The notes beneath the pieces were generated by a model. That model was not told where the DNA came from. It saw nothing but the letters and a program-made list of their open reading frames with translations, and did no database searches. A program made the translations under genes and the position numbers. A stretch of 64,000 nucleotides of DNA from Octopus vulgaris (lineage: Eukaryota): contig OX597828.1 in assembly GCA_951406725.2 (NCBI GenBank), forward strand, positions 63,550,001 through 63,614,000. Direction: 5' to 3'. Positions 27,275-39,686 of the stretch are shown here, piece after piece; within the stretch, counting starts at the first letter, position 1; every line of letters begins with the position of its first letter.

Positions 27275-27697
27275 TTTACTTCAGGAAAAATGGACTGCGC
27301 CCATGCTGGAGCGTCGACTTGAAGAACTTCCGCTCGAATGGATCGACTTCAGTGATTATTTCTTTAAAGTCTGGTACTTATTCTATCGATCTCTTTTGCC
27401 GAACCGCTAATGTTGCGGGAACGTAAGCACATCATCACCAGTTGTCAAGCGGTGGTGTGTGTGTGTGTGTGGGGGGGAACACACACACACATGACAAGCT
27501 TCTTTCGGTTTCCGTCTATCAAATCTACTCTCAAGGCTTTGGTCGGCCCCAGGCTATAGTAAATTCACCTGCTTAATTAGTCACGCAGTGGGACTGAACC
27601 CGGAACCAGGCAGCTGGAAAGCAAACTTCTTACCACAGAGCCACGTCAGCGCCACGTCAGCGCCACGTCAGCGCCACGTCAGCGCCACGCCAGCGCC
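27275..27697 (-). mobile_element. SINE family A with 11-bp tandem expansion in its head
   Basis: Aligns to 35932-36346; GCCACGTCAGC repeated about 5 times at 27640-27696. Confidence 0.85.
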
Positions 27698-28439
27698 TAT
27701 TTGTCAATTTTATGATAATCCATCGTGAAATAAATTAGTTGTTGCTGTGAATTATTTCAAATTTTTTCCGACATATTTGTTATTATTTGCTATGTTAATC
27801 TTTTGGAATCTGAGAATTTTTGTTGCTCATTTTTTTTATTTTTCTCAATTTTTCAAAATGGAAAGGGAAGGAAAGAGAAAGTTTGAAAATAAATGAACAA
27901 ATAAATAAATGAAAACCGAGAGCCTTCTTGAAGATTAGTTTAATAAAAATTATTTCATTTTCCCAAATTAAAACATGTAAACTAAATCCTCTAATGCTCT
28001 TGTTAGGCAACTCAAAAATGTTTTTGAATTTCTGTTCAAAGAAATATCGTGAAACAATCTGCAAAGATCCACTTTCCGGTGCAGTAGTATAAACACTAAC
28101 GGAGCATCGTAGAGCCTGTGCGTGGAAGATGGGTCTGAGAGAAATACCAAGCAGAAGACCTCTAGATCACACTGCAGTATTATTGAAAACCGAAGGATCA
28201 TACATCTACGCCTTTATTGCTAGACATCTTGTACAAATTGAGGCACCGTTGTATGTTGAAAGTCTACTTCATTTGAAGGTTCATGCGCGGATATATGGTG
28301 CAGGCAGCGAGGCGATACATGCATTCATACATGAATACATACATTACGTGTTGGACGAGTGCTCCTCAGGAAGTATTCTCTTCCTGATGATTTGTCACAA
28401 CCCGAAATCAACCGAGACTAGCATATCTCAAAGAAGACC

Positions 28440-29290
28440 TGGAAGTGAAACGCTCAGCGCACCAAAAATAAAAAAAAGACCATACATGGGCATGTTCCTC
28501 ATACAAATGAAGAAGATAGTAATATTGACATGAAGCTAAGCCCCTCTACACCACAGCGCACTTCATATTTCCGCTACACCACAGCGCACTTCATATTTCC
28601 GCTACACCACAGCGCACTTCATATTTCTAATTTCTGTAGAAGACGTCACATATGGGATTAGCAGCTGCCAAAAAGTGTCATCAAGGTATATTACCTCCCC
28701 ATGCGATACGACGTTGTCGCAAAAACAATATACGATGCCATTGGGGAAAAAAGACTGTCAGGGAATAAATAGTGATAACCCCCTCTGTTATTGAAAGCGT
28801 ACATAAATATCAACACAAGGAATTCTGGTGGAACATTCTAGGAAAACGTCAGTCAAGTGTTAGCATAACAAACCGGATATTGTTGTTTGGGACATCATGA
28901 CAAATTATGCAGGTTATAGAGGTCAGCTGTCTTGATGGTGTGAATATCTCTTTGATAAACAAAGAGAACGAAGTTAATTATGGACAACTGCTTCGAAACT
29001 TCCAGCTTCGATATCTGGATCACAAATTTACATTTCTACCAATAATAATTGGGGCACTTGGTTTTCTGAGTAAACGCCCAACTGTCAGTCTGGATAAGCT
29101 TGGATTTTCAGAAAAAGAAATCAACCAACTCGCACATTACTAATACAATCTGTAAGCGGAACAGCAAAACTATGCAGGTTTAAAATGTGACATTGTTTTC
29201 GTTATCAACATTCCAATGATGAGGCCTTGTATCTTTGTTAGAAACCAGTTCCTTCGTCAGAGGAAGAATTTAAATGATTAAACACAAAAG
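28440..29290 (+). mobile_element. RLE (R4-like) non-LTR retrotransposon 3' relic; duplicate at 38788-39595
   Basis: EDVTYGISSC...RYDVVAK, HNKPDIVVWD, IEVSC, PIIIGALG motifs across frameshifts; 28-bp tandem triplication at 28546-28627. Confidence 0.8.
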
Positions 29291-29350
29291 GTACACACAT
29301 ACATGCATACATACATATATACATACATACGTACATACGTACATACGTAC

Positions 29351-29381
<31 letters not shown>

Positions 29382-29471
29382 CATACATACGTACGTACAT
29401 ACATACATACATACATACATACATACATACATACATACATACGTACGTACGTACGTACATACATACATACA

Positions 29472-29503
<32 letters not shown>

Positions 29504-29737
29504 GAGTGGCCATTGTTTCCCACCTATAAAGCGCTTGGCAGTATAGGCGACTCGTCAGACACGAATGGCTGAAGGTGTATAACCTCTCTAGAAACTGGGG
29601 GAAGAAATACGTAACGGTCAGTTGGTTTTGTAAACAAAAATAATTTCCCTTGCATCAGCTCCGGCCATGGTGATGTTAAAGGATGAACAATGAATTTAGG
29701 ACCCTATTAATATTTACAATTGTTTCTGTACTACTCC

Positions 29738-29940
29738 GTTTTTACACCATTGCACGTAAGTGACTCCATGTGAAAAGCTACGCAATCCATGCCGCTGTTT
29801 ATATTGGAGTGGCACTTCATCAGATTAACCCAGTGTAAAAACGCACCTCTTGACGCCAGTCTGTGAAGTGCCACTCCAACGAAATCAACAATAAAGATTG
29901 CATCACTTTTCAAATGGAAACATTAACGCGCAGAACAGTG
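29738..29940. mobile_element. Small MITE-like element with diverged ~80-bp inverted arms
   Basis: TTGGAGTGGCACTTCA / TGAAGTGCCACTCCAA core; opposite-strand ORFs MKCHSNINSG... and MKCHSNEINN... mirror each other. Confidence 0.5.
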
Positions 29941-31050
29941 AAGCAAGGCTGCGTGATGACTCCCACACTCTTCAGCCTCTTGTTTACCACCATGGGTTTC
30001 CGCGGTGCCCTGTCAAAGTCTGATGCTGGTGTCACTATTCGCTACAGATGTGACGGCCGATTCTTTGACCTCAGACGTCTGAAGGCAAAAACCAAAGTCC
30101 TGGACGCCCTAGTGAGAGATTTCCTGTTTACAGACGATTGAGCGCTTGCAGCATTGAATGAACCAGACCGGAAAGAACTTGCCACTTGTCTCGAAGCAGC
30201 AAAAGCCTTCGGACTGACCATTAACCTGCGATAAACTGAAGTGATACTTCAGCCTGCACCTGGCCTCAGATTAAGATTGAGGGCACAACTCTGAACAACG
30301 TGGAGAGCTTTACATACCTGGGAAGCTGCCTGTCCTCAAACTGCAGCATGGACAAAGATGTCTCCATGAGGCTTGCAAAAGCAGGAGCTTTGTTTGGCAG
30401 ACTTTGGACACGTGTGTGGGCCGAACGAAGCATCAGACTTTCCACAAAACTGGCAGTCTATAGGGCAGTCGTCATCACCCCTCGGCTCTACGGACGCTGT
30501 ATAGGAGGCAAATGAGAGTACTTGACCAGTTCCACCTCCGCTGCTTGCGAAGAATCATGGGAATTTCCTGGGAGGACAGAGTCTCCAACACTCAGGTGCT
30601 TCGCAGAGCCGAAATGCCTGGGATCGAAGCTCTCATCATGAAGTGATCCGGTGTGCCGGACATTTAGTCCGAATGGACGACACGCGTCTACCAAAGAGGA
30701 TCATCTTCTCTGAGCTGGCTTCTGGAGCAAGAAACCCTGGAAGGCCACTGAGGCGATACAAGGACAGCCTGAATACTTCCCTTGAGTCCTGCGGCATTTC
30801 AGCCCGTGGCTGGGAATCGTTTGCCTCTGACCGCGGCGCCCGGCGTCCAGCTGTCCAAATGGGCGTTAGGCTGTTCGAGGAAAAGCGTCTCAAGAGCCTG
30901 GACCAGAAGCGACACGCCCGAAAAGAGAGGATCCCCAACCCTACTTCTGCTGTTACGTGCCCAACGTGGCCGCGTCTGCGCGTCCGCATTTGGTTTCCGC
31001 TCACACCCTTGGTGTCCCTGACGTCATTGTTGAACCCCGACAGACTTCCA
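29937..31050 (+). mobile_element. RTE-clade LINE, 5'-truncated, reverse transcriptase pseudogene
   Basis: VKQGCVMTPTLF, DFLFTDD (YADD box), FTYLGS, AGHLVRMDDTRLPK, GRPLRRYKD; stops and frameshifts. Confidence 0.92.
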
Positions 31051-31117
31051 TTATGTACGTATGTATGTATGTATGTATGTATGTATGTATGTATGTATGT
31101 ATGTATGTATGTCTGTA

Positions 31118-31148
<31 letters not shown>

Positions 31149-31214
31149 ATGTATGTATGTATGTATGTATGTATGTATGTATGTATGTATGTATGTATGT
31201 ATGTATGTATGTAT

Positions 31215-31520
31215 ATGTGCAGGTTTGTATTTTTGTTTTATGTATATATTCTCATGCATATAGTTGCATATCTAGGCATGATCATATATATTTAAATGGT
31301 AAACTTCTGGAAAGTTTTACAGATTTTTAGTTCCAGTGATGGCTTGGCTCTGTAGTCTTTGAATCAGCTTTCTCCTTTCTTGGTTTGAGATGCCTACTTT
31401 CTCAAGATTTTGTGTTACGTCTTCCAGTGTTCCAATAATTACTTGTAATCTGCATAAAGTAGCTATAAATTTCTCAATTGTTCAGCGAGGGTATTCTCTT
31501 TTCCACTGATCTTCAGCTTT
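31215..31520 (-). mobile_element. RLE non-LTR 3' fragment related to 28440-29290; duplicate near 41510-41812
   Basis: Minus translation KENTLAEQLRNL*LLYADYK..IIGTL..NLEKVGISNQERRKLIQRLQSQAITGT..ICKTFQKF parallels NYGQLLRNFQLRY..IIGALG..LDKLGFSEKE. Confidence 0.7.
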
Positions 31521-31702
31521 TTTTTTTACTGAAATAATTAAAAGAATAAAAGAATATATATATATACATGTGTGTGTGTGTGTCTATTATATATATGTGT
31601 GTATGTATATATATATATATATATATTATCCATTGTATATATATACATATATATATACATACATACATACACACACGCATATATATACACACACACATAT
31701 CT

Positions 31703-31842
31703 ACGACGGACGTCTTTCAGTCTCCATTTACCAAATCCACTCACAAAGCTTTGGTCGGTCTGAGGCTATAGTAGAAGACACCTGCTACGCAGTGGGACTG
31801 AACCCGGAAACCATGTGGTTGGGAAGCAAGCTTCTTACCACA
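31703..31842 (-). mobile_element. SINE family A, 5' part; duplicate 41998-42137
   Basis: CCAAATCCACTCACAAAGCTTTGGTCGG...CAGTGGGACTGAACCCGGAAACCATGTGG. Confidence 0.8.
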
Positions 31843-31895
31843 CACAGAGAGATAGACAGACAGACACACACGCACACATACATACATACAGACAG

Positions 31896-31964
<69 letters not shown>

Positions 31965-32047
31965 CTGTGCTCCAGCATGGTCGCTGTCAAATGACTGAAA
32001 CAAGAAATTAAAGAATATACATATACATACATAGATACATACATATA

Positions 32048-32439
32048 GGCGCAGGAGTGGCTGTGTGGTATGTAGCTGTGTGGTATGTAGGTTCCAGGTT
32101 TAGTCCCACTGCGTGGCATCTTGGGCAAGTGTCTTCTGCTATAGCCCCGGGCCGACCAATGCCTTGTGAGTGAATTTGGTAGACGGAAACTGAAAGAAGC
32201 CTGTCGTATATATGTATATATGTGTATATGTATGTATGTGTATGTGTTTGTGTGTCTGTGTTTGTACCCCTAGCATTGCTTGACATCCAATGCTGGTGTG
32301 TTTACGTCACCGTCACTTAGCGGTTCGGCCAAAGAGACCGATAGAATAAGTACTGGGCTTACAAAGAATAAGTCCTGGGGTCGATTTGCTCCAGCATGGC
32401 CGCAGTCAAATGACTGAAACATGTAAAAGAGTAAAAGAG
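32048..32439 (+). mobile_element. tRNA-derived SINE family A (CORE-like), near full length; duplicate 42347-42738
   Basis: GGCGCAGGAGTGGCTGTGTGG head, CTTGGGCAAGTGTCTT, internal TA/TG microsatellite, tail TGACTGAAAC..(GTAAAAGA)n. Confidence 0.9.
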
Positions 32440-32452
32440 TATGTATACTCAC

Positions 32453-32529
<77 letters not shown>

Positions 32530-33037
32530 CATACTCATTCGCACGCGCATCTGTGTTTGTGCGTATTTCTTGAATAAAATGTAATTTGCGTTCTTTCACA
32601 TTCCTTATGATAGCAAAATCCCATAAACATTTGAAAATAATAGAAACGCGCTCCAAGCATTCTACACTCCGATTACACCCAGATTAAGTGTTTATAGCCA
32701 TCTCTTGGGTACAATCAATGTACCTTTAGAGAGTTCGGGGTATCAGAAATGTTGCAATAAATCTGTTGTGAAATGATTATAACTGCATCACCCACCCGTA
32801 ATTAGTTTTAGGTTGTTAAGAAGCTGGGTACGAATAAGAGAAATTGATAATATGACCGAGAAACAGTTATATATAAATATATATGCTTGTCTATTTATAT
32901 ATGTATATATGCATATGTATATTATATATATGTTTGTGTATATAGTTGTCTTTTATAGGTTTATTGTTTTAGGAAAGCATCTCCGCTTTCGTTCATTCGT
33001 AAATCTCTTCGGAAAAGTATATTTACAAGCATGTCTG

Positions 33038-33129
<92 letters not shown>

Positions 33130-33736
33130 AAAGTGTTTATGTGTATATATATATTTTGAATGTGTATATATATATATATACTACTATGCACGCACGCTCA
33201 TACACACATAAATACATATGCATACCCATATATATATATATATATATATAGGTAATGTATAGATACACATACATATGCATATACTAAAAACATGTTAATG
33301 TATGCCAAGTGAGTGAATTCCACTTTAAGGCATGTGATTTAATATAAACGTACCCCATGGAGGTACTGGATTGTGTTTCTGAAACATAGGTGCAACAGTG
33401 GGGAACTAATATAACAAAATAAAAGAAGAACGAATAACGAGACATCCTTAACCAAAGGAAAGAAATTTAAATTCTGTTAAATTATATATACGCGCTACAA
33501 GGTGTGCTATATAAACCATGGTGTTTATATAGCAAATCGAGAATTAACAAGGTTCGAACTCGTTGTCCATCTGCATAAACAATCAACTTTAAAAGTACAC
33601 AAAACAAGTGCAGTCTTAATAGGATTAGAATTGCAAGCTTTATAATCTAAACAGTTCTCAAAATTCATCAGCTTTGTATCCCTAAAGAATTTATGAGAGG
33701 CGCCACAAACAAGAATTCATTTGTGTGTATGTGTGT

Positions 33737-33806
<70 letters not shown>

Positions 33807-34513
33807 TATACTTATGTAGGGTTGAATGGGGAAGAGGGACGCGGAGAAAGAGAAAGAGATTATTGGAATTAATTGCCACTTGAGGCATGTACATTAAAAT
33901 AAACACATTTAGCTGGAGCATAATTCTGTTATTGAAAACTAGGTACATTTACGAAACACAATCAGTAAGTCTTCTACCTTCGTACACCTTTACTCTAGAA
34001 TATATGTTTATTTTAATGTAGATATGCCTACAGTCGTTTCCATTTCGGCCCTGTTTATTCTTAGATGTAATATTAGTGTTCATTGTCGTCTGGTATCTGC
34101 TGAAGATAAACTCCAACTGTTGGTGTGAAAAAAGAAAGGTGACAGGTCTGCGAGACGGAACGAACAAACCAAGTTGTTTTCTCAAAAATGTGCAATTGTC
34201 TGCCGCTGATAACGATCAAGGAGCGTCTAATTTGCTTCGGGCTTCACGAATACACACGCCTCAAATACACGTGCATGTGTGTGTGTATGCGCATTTCTTA
34301 ATACACACACACATGTATAAACTTACATGCATGCTTACATACAAACATGTTTATCTCTTATACAGGCTTATGTATGTATGTATATATGCATGCATATGTA
34401 TATATGTATATATATAAAGTTAATCCAAACAAGAAAACAGAAAAGACAACAACGCAAGGAGTTGGAACAATTAAAGTATTATTAGGCGCTCAGGAAAAAA
34501 GGGAAGAAGGAGG

Positions 34514-34548
34514 GTATGACGTTTCGAGCGGAGCTCTTCGTCGGAAAC
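34514..34548 (-). ncRNA. Minimal type I hammerhead motif (U4C variant) in a pLTR fragment (~34395-34620); duplicate 44799-44833
   Basis: GTTT-CCGACGA-A-GAGC-TCC-GCTC-GAAAC-GTC-ATAC. Confidence 0.55.
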
Positions 34549-35599
34549 ATAGGAGAAAGAAAGATCCCGAGGTGGGAGGACAGATGGAAAAAAAATGCAA
34601 GTGGTCTCACGAGGTCATATGTATATATGTGTACTGAGACTAGGTCATACTTCTCATTGTAGAGGCTGTTTCTCATCGAGGAGAGTTATCGCCTCGAAGG
34701 GCGATAACTACGCTAAGCCGTTTGAGACTGACTAAAAAGGATTTTGCAACCGATTTTTCCGAGTTACGATTTTGGAAATTTTCGAGGAAAAACCTCTCCC
34801 GAATGGTGAGCATTGGACAATGTTTCTAGCTCTGGATTAAGAGATTGCACCAGTTGCTTCAAGATTTCAAGTTTGTCAGTTGGTACCTACATTTTCTTCT
34901 CTTGCTAATCTATGAGTTACCCTCTTAATCCTGCATCATGTCAATGAAGCGCACACTCGCTCTTGGTTTCTGAGTTTCAGATAAACTGCAACAGAAATAT
35001 AGCATTATCCGCGCATTTTGATCTGAATGAGTGTAGATGTTGAAGGAAGCGACGCTTGAAAGAGTTTATCTTTATATCCATATATTTTCAATATCGCTCG
35101 GATATGCTACCTTTGCACGTTATGCGACTTCTCTCAAGAGGGAGGATTCCTAAATACACATATCGGAAAGTTTCTAATTTGTTAGTGGGGTGGTGACTGT
35201 GTGTGTGTATGTGTGCGCCGCGCTCGGAAGTGTTTGCAGAGCTCTCATTGAATCTGAAAAGTTACGTTGTCCATACAAGAATAATTAGCCTTAACGTTGT
35301 GAGAGTTAATATTCTGGTGCATGTATTCTTTTGAATAGTATCAGTGGAGTTTTCGAAACATGTGTCGAAAGTAAAAATATTTGATTACACCTGCGTTAAC
35401 TCCATTTTTTTAATTCATATATATATATATGTATGTATATATGTATATATAATAACAATATTAACTGGCGAACAACTGGTACAAGATCACATTATGACAT
35501 ATATTTAAACATTGACACAACTTGAGGGTGGACAGTGAGGCAAATTGAACACTAACCGTATATATCTATCTTATGTAATCAGACGTAATATTGCTTGAA

Positions 35600-35710
<111 letters not shown>

Positions 35711-35765
35711 TATACACACATATATATATATATATACACATATATATACATATATATATATATAC

Positions 35766-35812
<47 letters not shown>

Positions 35813-35931
35813 TATATATACACATATATATATTTACACACATATATATATACACATATATACATATATATATACAGATATATATATATACATATATATA
35901 TATATACGTATATATATACATATATATATAT

Positions 35932-36344
35932 ACTCTTTTACTCTTTTACTTGTTTCAGTCATTTGACTGTGGCCATGCTGGAGCACCACCTTTTTAGTCG
36001 AGCAAATCGACCCCAGCACTTATTCTTTGTAAGCCTAGTACTTATTCTATCGGTCTCTTTTTGCCGAACCGCTAAGTTACGGGGACGTAAACACACCAGC
36101 ATCGGTTGTCAAGCGATGTTGGGGGGACTAACACAGACACACAAACATATACACATACACATACATATATATATACATATATACGACGGGCTTCTTTCAG
36201 TTTCCGTCTACCAAATCCACTCACAAGGCCTTGGTCGGCCTGAGGCTATAGTAGAAGACACTTGCCCAAGGTGCCACGCAGTGGGACTGAACCCGGAACC
36301 GTGTGGTTGGTTAGCAAGCTACTTACCACACAGCCACTCCTACG

Positions 36345-36346
<2 letters not shown>
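35932..36346 (-). mobile_element. SINE family A, full length; duplicate 46221-46635
   Basis: Reverse complement of the family at 32048 and 50463, with GGTTCCGGGTTCAGTCCC B-box region and (GTAAAAGA)n tail. Confidence 0.92.
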
Positions 36347-36392
<46 letters not shown>

Positions 36393-36565
36393 TTAGCAAC
36401 GAATTGCCTTACCACAGACCGAATTTAGAAATAGCAGTCAAAGAGTTATAGCTATTTCTTCTACTAAAAAGAGAGATCTCAGTAAAAAACACAGCAATTG
36501 GAAGGCAGACACAAACAGGTAAGAGAGAATGAATTGACGACAATCTATCATACAATTTTAAGTTA

Positions 36566-36665
36566 TCTACGGACGCACGTTTCGAAATCAAGTTTTTAGG
36601 AAAGCATAAGAATTAAATATTAAATAATTCTACCTTACCCAAACTTCTTTTCTCTTCAGCGTAGA
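36566..36665 (-). ncRNA. Type I hammerhead ribozyme motif, copy A (duplicate 46863-46962)
   Basis: TCTACG-CTGAAGA-69-nt helix II-GAAAC-GTGC-GTC-CGTAGA. Confidence 0.85.
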
Positions 36666-37158
36666 ATACTATAATCATAAATGATTATATATTGAATTTT
36701 GAGATACTAGAAGGCACCAACTCAACTCAGTATCAGAGCGAGCTAGAATCCGCAGCTAGTATCACCAAATTCAAAGTGTGAATGAAAGGATTGTGTCACC
36801 AGCCCCTTCCCACCCGCGTGTAGCCAAAACAAGATGCTATGGTCATCTACTGAGATAAAATATGGTTATCCGTAATAATGAAGGGTGAAATTAATTAATT
36901 TGGAAAAATTATCAATTACACCAAGTAGTCTTCGGCATGTAAAAGCCTCATTCGAGGAACATTTAAGTAATACTAAGCAATAAAGGGTTTAGCAACGAAT
37001 TGCCTTACCACAGACCGAATTTAGAAATAGCAGTCAAAGAGTTATAGCTATTTCTTCTACTAAGAGAGATCTCAGTAAAAAACACAGCAATTGGAAGGCA
37101 GACACAAACAGGTAAGAGAGAATGAATTGACGACAATCTATCATACAATTTTAAGTTA

Positions 37159-37258
37159 TCTACGGACGCACGTTTCGAAATCAAGTTTTTAGGAAAGCAT
37201 AAGAATTAAATATTAAATAATTCTACCTTACCCAAACTTCTTTTCTCTTCAGCGTAGA
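37159..37258 (-). ncRNA. Type I hammerhead ribozyme motif, copy B (duplicate 47459-47558)
   Basis: Same motif as copy A, one unit away. Confidence 0.85.
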
Positions 37259-37537
37259 ATACTATAATCATACTATACTTGGTGTAATTGATAATTATTC
37301 CAAATTAATTAATTTCACCCTTCATTATTACGGATAACCATATTTTATCTCAGTAGATGACCATAGCATCTTGTTTTGGCTACACGCGGGTGGGAAGGGG
37401 CTGGTGACACAATCCTTTCATTCACACTTTGAATTTGGTGATACTAGTTGCGGATTCTAGCTCGCTCTGATACTGAGTTGAGTTGGTGCCTTCTAGTATC
37501 TCAAAATTCAATATATAATCATTTATGATTATAGTAT

Positions 37538-37637
37538 TCTACGCTGAAGAGAAAAGAAGTTTGGGTAAGGTAGAATTATTTAATATTTAATTCTTATGCT
37601 TTCCTAAAAACTTGATTTCGAAACGTGCGTCCGTAGA
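37538..37637 (+). ncRNA. Type I hammerhead ribozyme motif, copy C (duplicate 47838-47937 has ATC instead of GTC)
   Basis: Helix I 37538-43/37632-37, core CTGAAGA 37544-50, GAAAC 37620-24, GTC 37629-31. Confidence 0.85.
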
Positions 37638-37933
37638 TAACTTAAAATTGTATGATAGATTGCCGTCAATTCATTCTCTCTTACCTGTTTGTGTCTGCCT
37701 TCCAATTGCTGTGTTTTTTACTGAGATCTCCCTTTTTAGTAGAAGAAATAGCTATAACTCTTTGACTGCTATTTCTAAATTCGGTCTGTGGTAAGGCAAT
37801 TCGTTGCTAAACCCTTTATTGCTTAGTATTACTTAAATGTTCCTCGAATGAGGCTTTTACATGCCGGAGACTACTTGGTGTAATTGATAATTATTCCAAA
37901 TTAATTAATTTCACCCTTCATTATTACGGATAA

Positions 37934-37989
<56 letters not shown>

Positions 37990-38049
37990 CGGGAAGCTTT
38001 ATGAAAATAAACAAAAGACGAAGGCAGGTCGAAAACAAACGAACAATTG

Positions 38050-38108
<59 letters not shown>

Positions 38109-38216
38109 AAAATTGAGGGAGATAAATTAATATTAATTTTAATATCAATTTAAAACCAGTAGTCCAGCATTCAAAAGATCTGAGGAGTCAGAGAAAATTC
38201 AAATATATGTGTATAT

Positions 38217-38470
38217 TGGCAGGGCTGGCCTGCTAGGTAGCCGGCCAGAATGCTAGAAGAAGATCATCAACGATCAAACTACAAGGGAAATTCTCTACAG
38301 GAAGAATTCAGCGAACACCAGAACCAACTTTGGCGGGCAGGACATATGAGTCCTGCCCGCCAAAGTTGGTTCTGTGTTCGCTGAATTCTTCCTGTAGAGA
38401 ATTTCCCTTGTAGTTTGATCGTTGATGATCTTCTTCTAGCATTCTGGCCGGCTACCTAGCAGGCCAGCCC

Positions 38471-38475
<5 letters not shown>
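38217..38475. repeat. Near-perfect palindrome, ~127-bp arms, 6-nt loop; duplicate 48525-48798
   Basis: ...GGCGGGCAGGAC-ATATGA-GTCCTGCCCGCC... Confidence 0.95.
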
Positions 38476-38541
<66 letters not shown>

Positions 38542-38687
38542 TATATGAAAGAATGGAGTTGAACGACTAGTTAACAAATATCCTTTATTCTCGACATATG
38601 TTTCGAAGGCTGCATATTCCTAATTCCGAAGGTTATCTTTCGAATTATCCTTAATAAGATAATTCATTCAATTACTCAAATATATAT

Positions 38688-38787
38688 NNNNNNNNNNNNN
38701 NNNNNNNNNNNNNNNNNNNNNNNNNNNNNNNNNNNNNNNNNNNNNNNNNNNNNNNNNNNNNNNNNNNNNNNNNNNNNNNNNNNNNNN
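38688..38787. other. Assembly gap (100 N)
   Basis: Run of n. Confidence 1.
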
Positions 38788-39655
38788 ATACATGGGCATG
38801 TTCCTCATACAAATGAAGAAGATAGTAATATTGACATGAAGCTAAGCCCCTCTACACCACAGCGCACTTCATATTTCCGCTACACCACAGCGCACTTCAT
38901 ATTTCCGCTACACCACAGCGCACTTCATATTTCTAATTTCTGTAGAAGACGTCACATATGGGATTAGCAGCTGCCAAAAAGTGTCATCAAGGTATATTAC
39001 CTCCCCATGCGATACGACGTTGTCGCAAAAACAATATACGATGCCATTGGGGAAAAAAGACTGTCAGGGAATAAATAGTGATAACCCCTCTGTTATTGAA
39101 AGCGTACATAAATATCAACACAAGGAATTCTGGTGGAACATTCTAGGAAAACGTCAGTCAAGTGTTAGCATAACAAACCGGATATTGTTGTTTGGGACAT
39201 CATGACAAATTATGCAGGTTATAGAGGTCAGCTGTCTTGATGGTGTGAATATCTCTTTGATAAACAAAGAGAACGAAGTTAATTATGGACAACTGCTTCG
39301 AAACTTCCAGCTTCGATATCTGGATCACAAATTTACATTTCTACCAATAATAATTGGGGCACTTGGTTTTCTGAGTAAACGCCCAACTGTCAGTCTGGAT
39401 AAGCTTGGATTTTCAGAAAAAGAAATCAACCAACTCGCACATTACTAATACAATCTGTAAGCGGAACAGCAAAACTATGCAGGTTTAAAATGTGACATTG
39501 TTTTCGTTATCAACATTCCAATGATGAGGCCTTGTATCTTTGTTAGAAACCAGTTCCTTCGTCAGAGGAAGAATTTAAATGATTAAACACAAAAGGTACA
39601 CACATACATGCATACATACATATATACATACATACGTACATACGTACATACGTAC

Positions 39656-39686
<31 letters not shown>

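Larger units (their letters stand above)
36388..37938. mobile_element. Non-coding 596-bp-unit element (about 1.5 direct units plus 1.1 inverted units) with three HHRs; retrozyme-like or non-autonomous Penelope-like element
   Basis: AGGGTTTAGCAACG recurs at 36388 and 36984; inversion at ~37272-37276; TACTTGGTG recurs at 37276 and 37872; (TA)n on both flanks. Confidence 0.85.

Noticed and set aside
28129-28533. 134-aa ORF upstream of the RLE relic
   Set aside because: No motif recognised; cannot be assigned to the LINE or to a host gene.
29213-29250. Hammerhead in the RLE 3' UTR (ATGATGAG...GAAAC)
   Set aside because: Position 3 cannot pair with G8 and there is no convincing helix I or II.
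34633-35250. Possible DNA transposon; its start GACTAGGTCATACTTCTCATT resembles 49710-49731
   Set aside because: No matching opposite terminus or transposase motif found.
36409-36591. 60-aa ORF MISKRASVDNL... repeated five times in the track
   Set aside because: Starts at TTG inside the ribozyme, has no recognisable domain, and recurs only because the unit is repeated.
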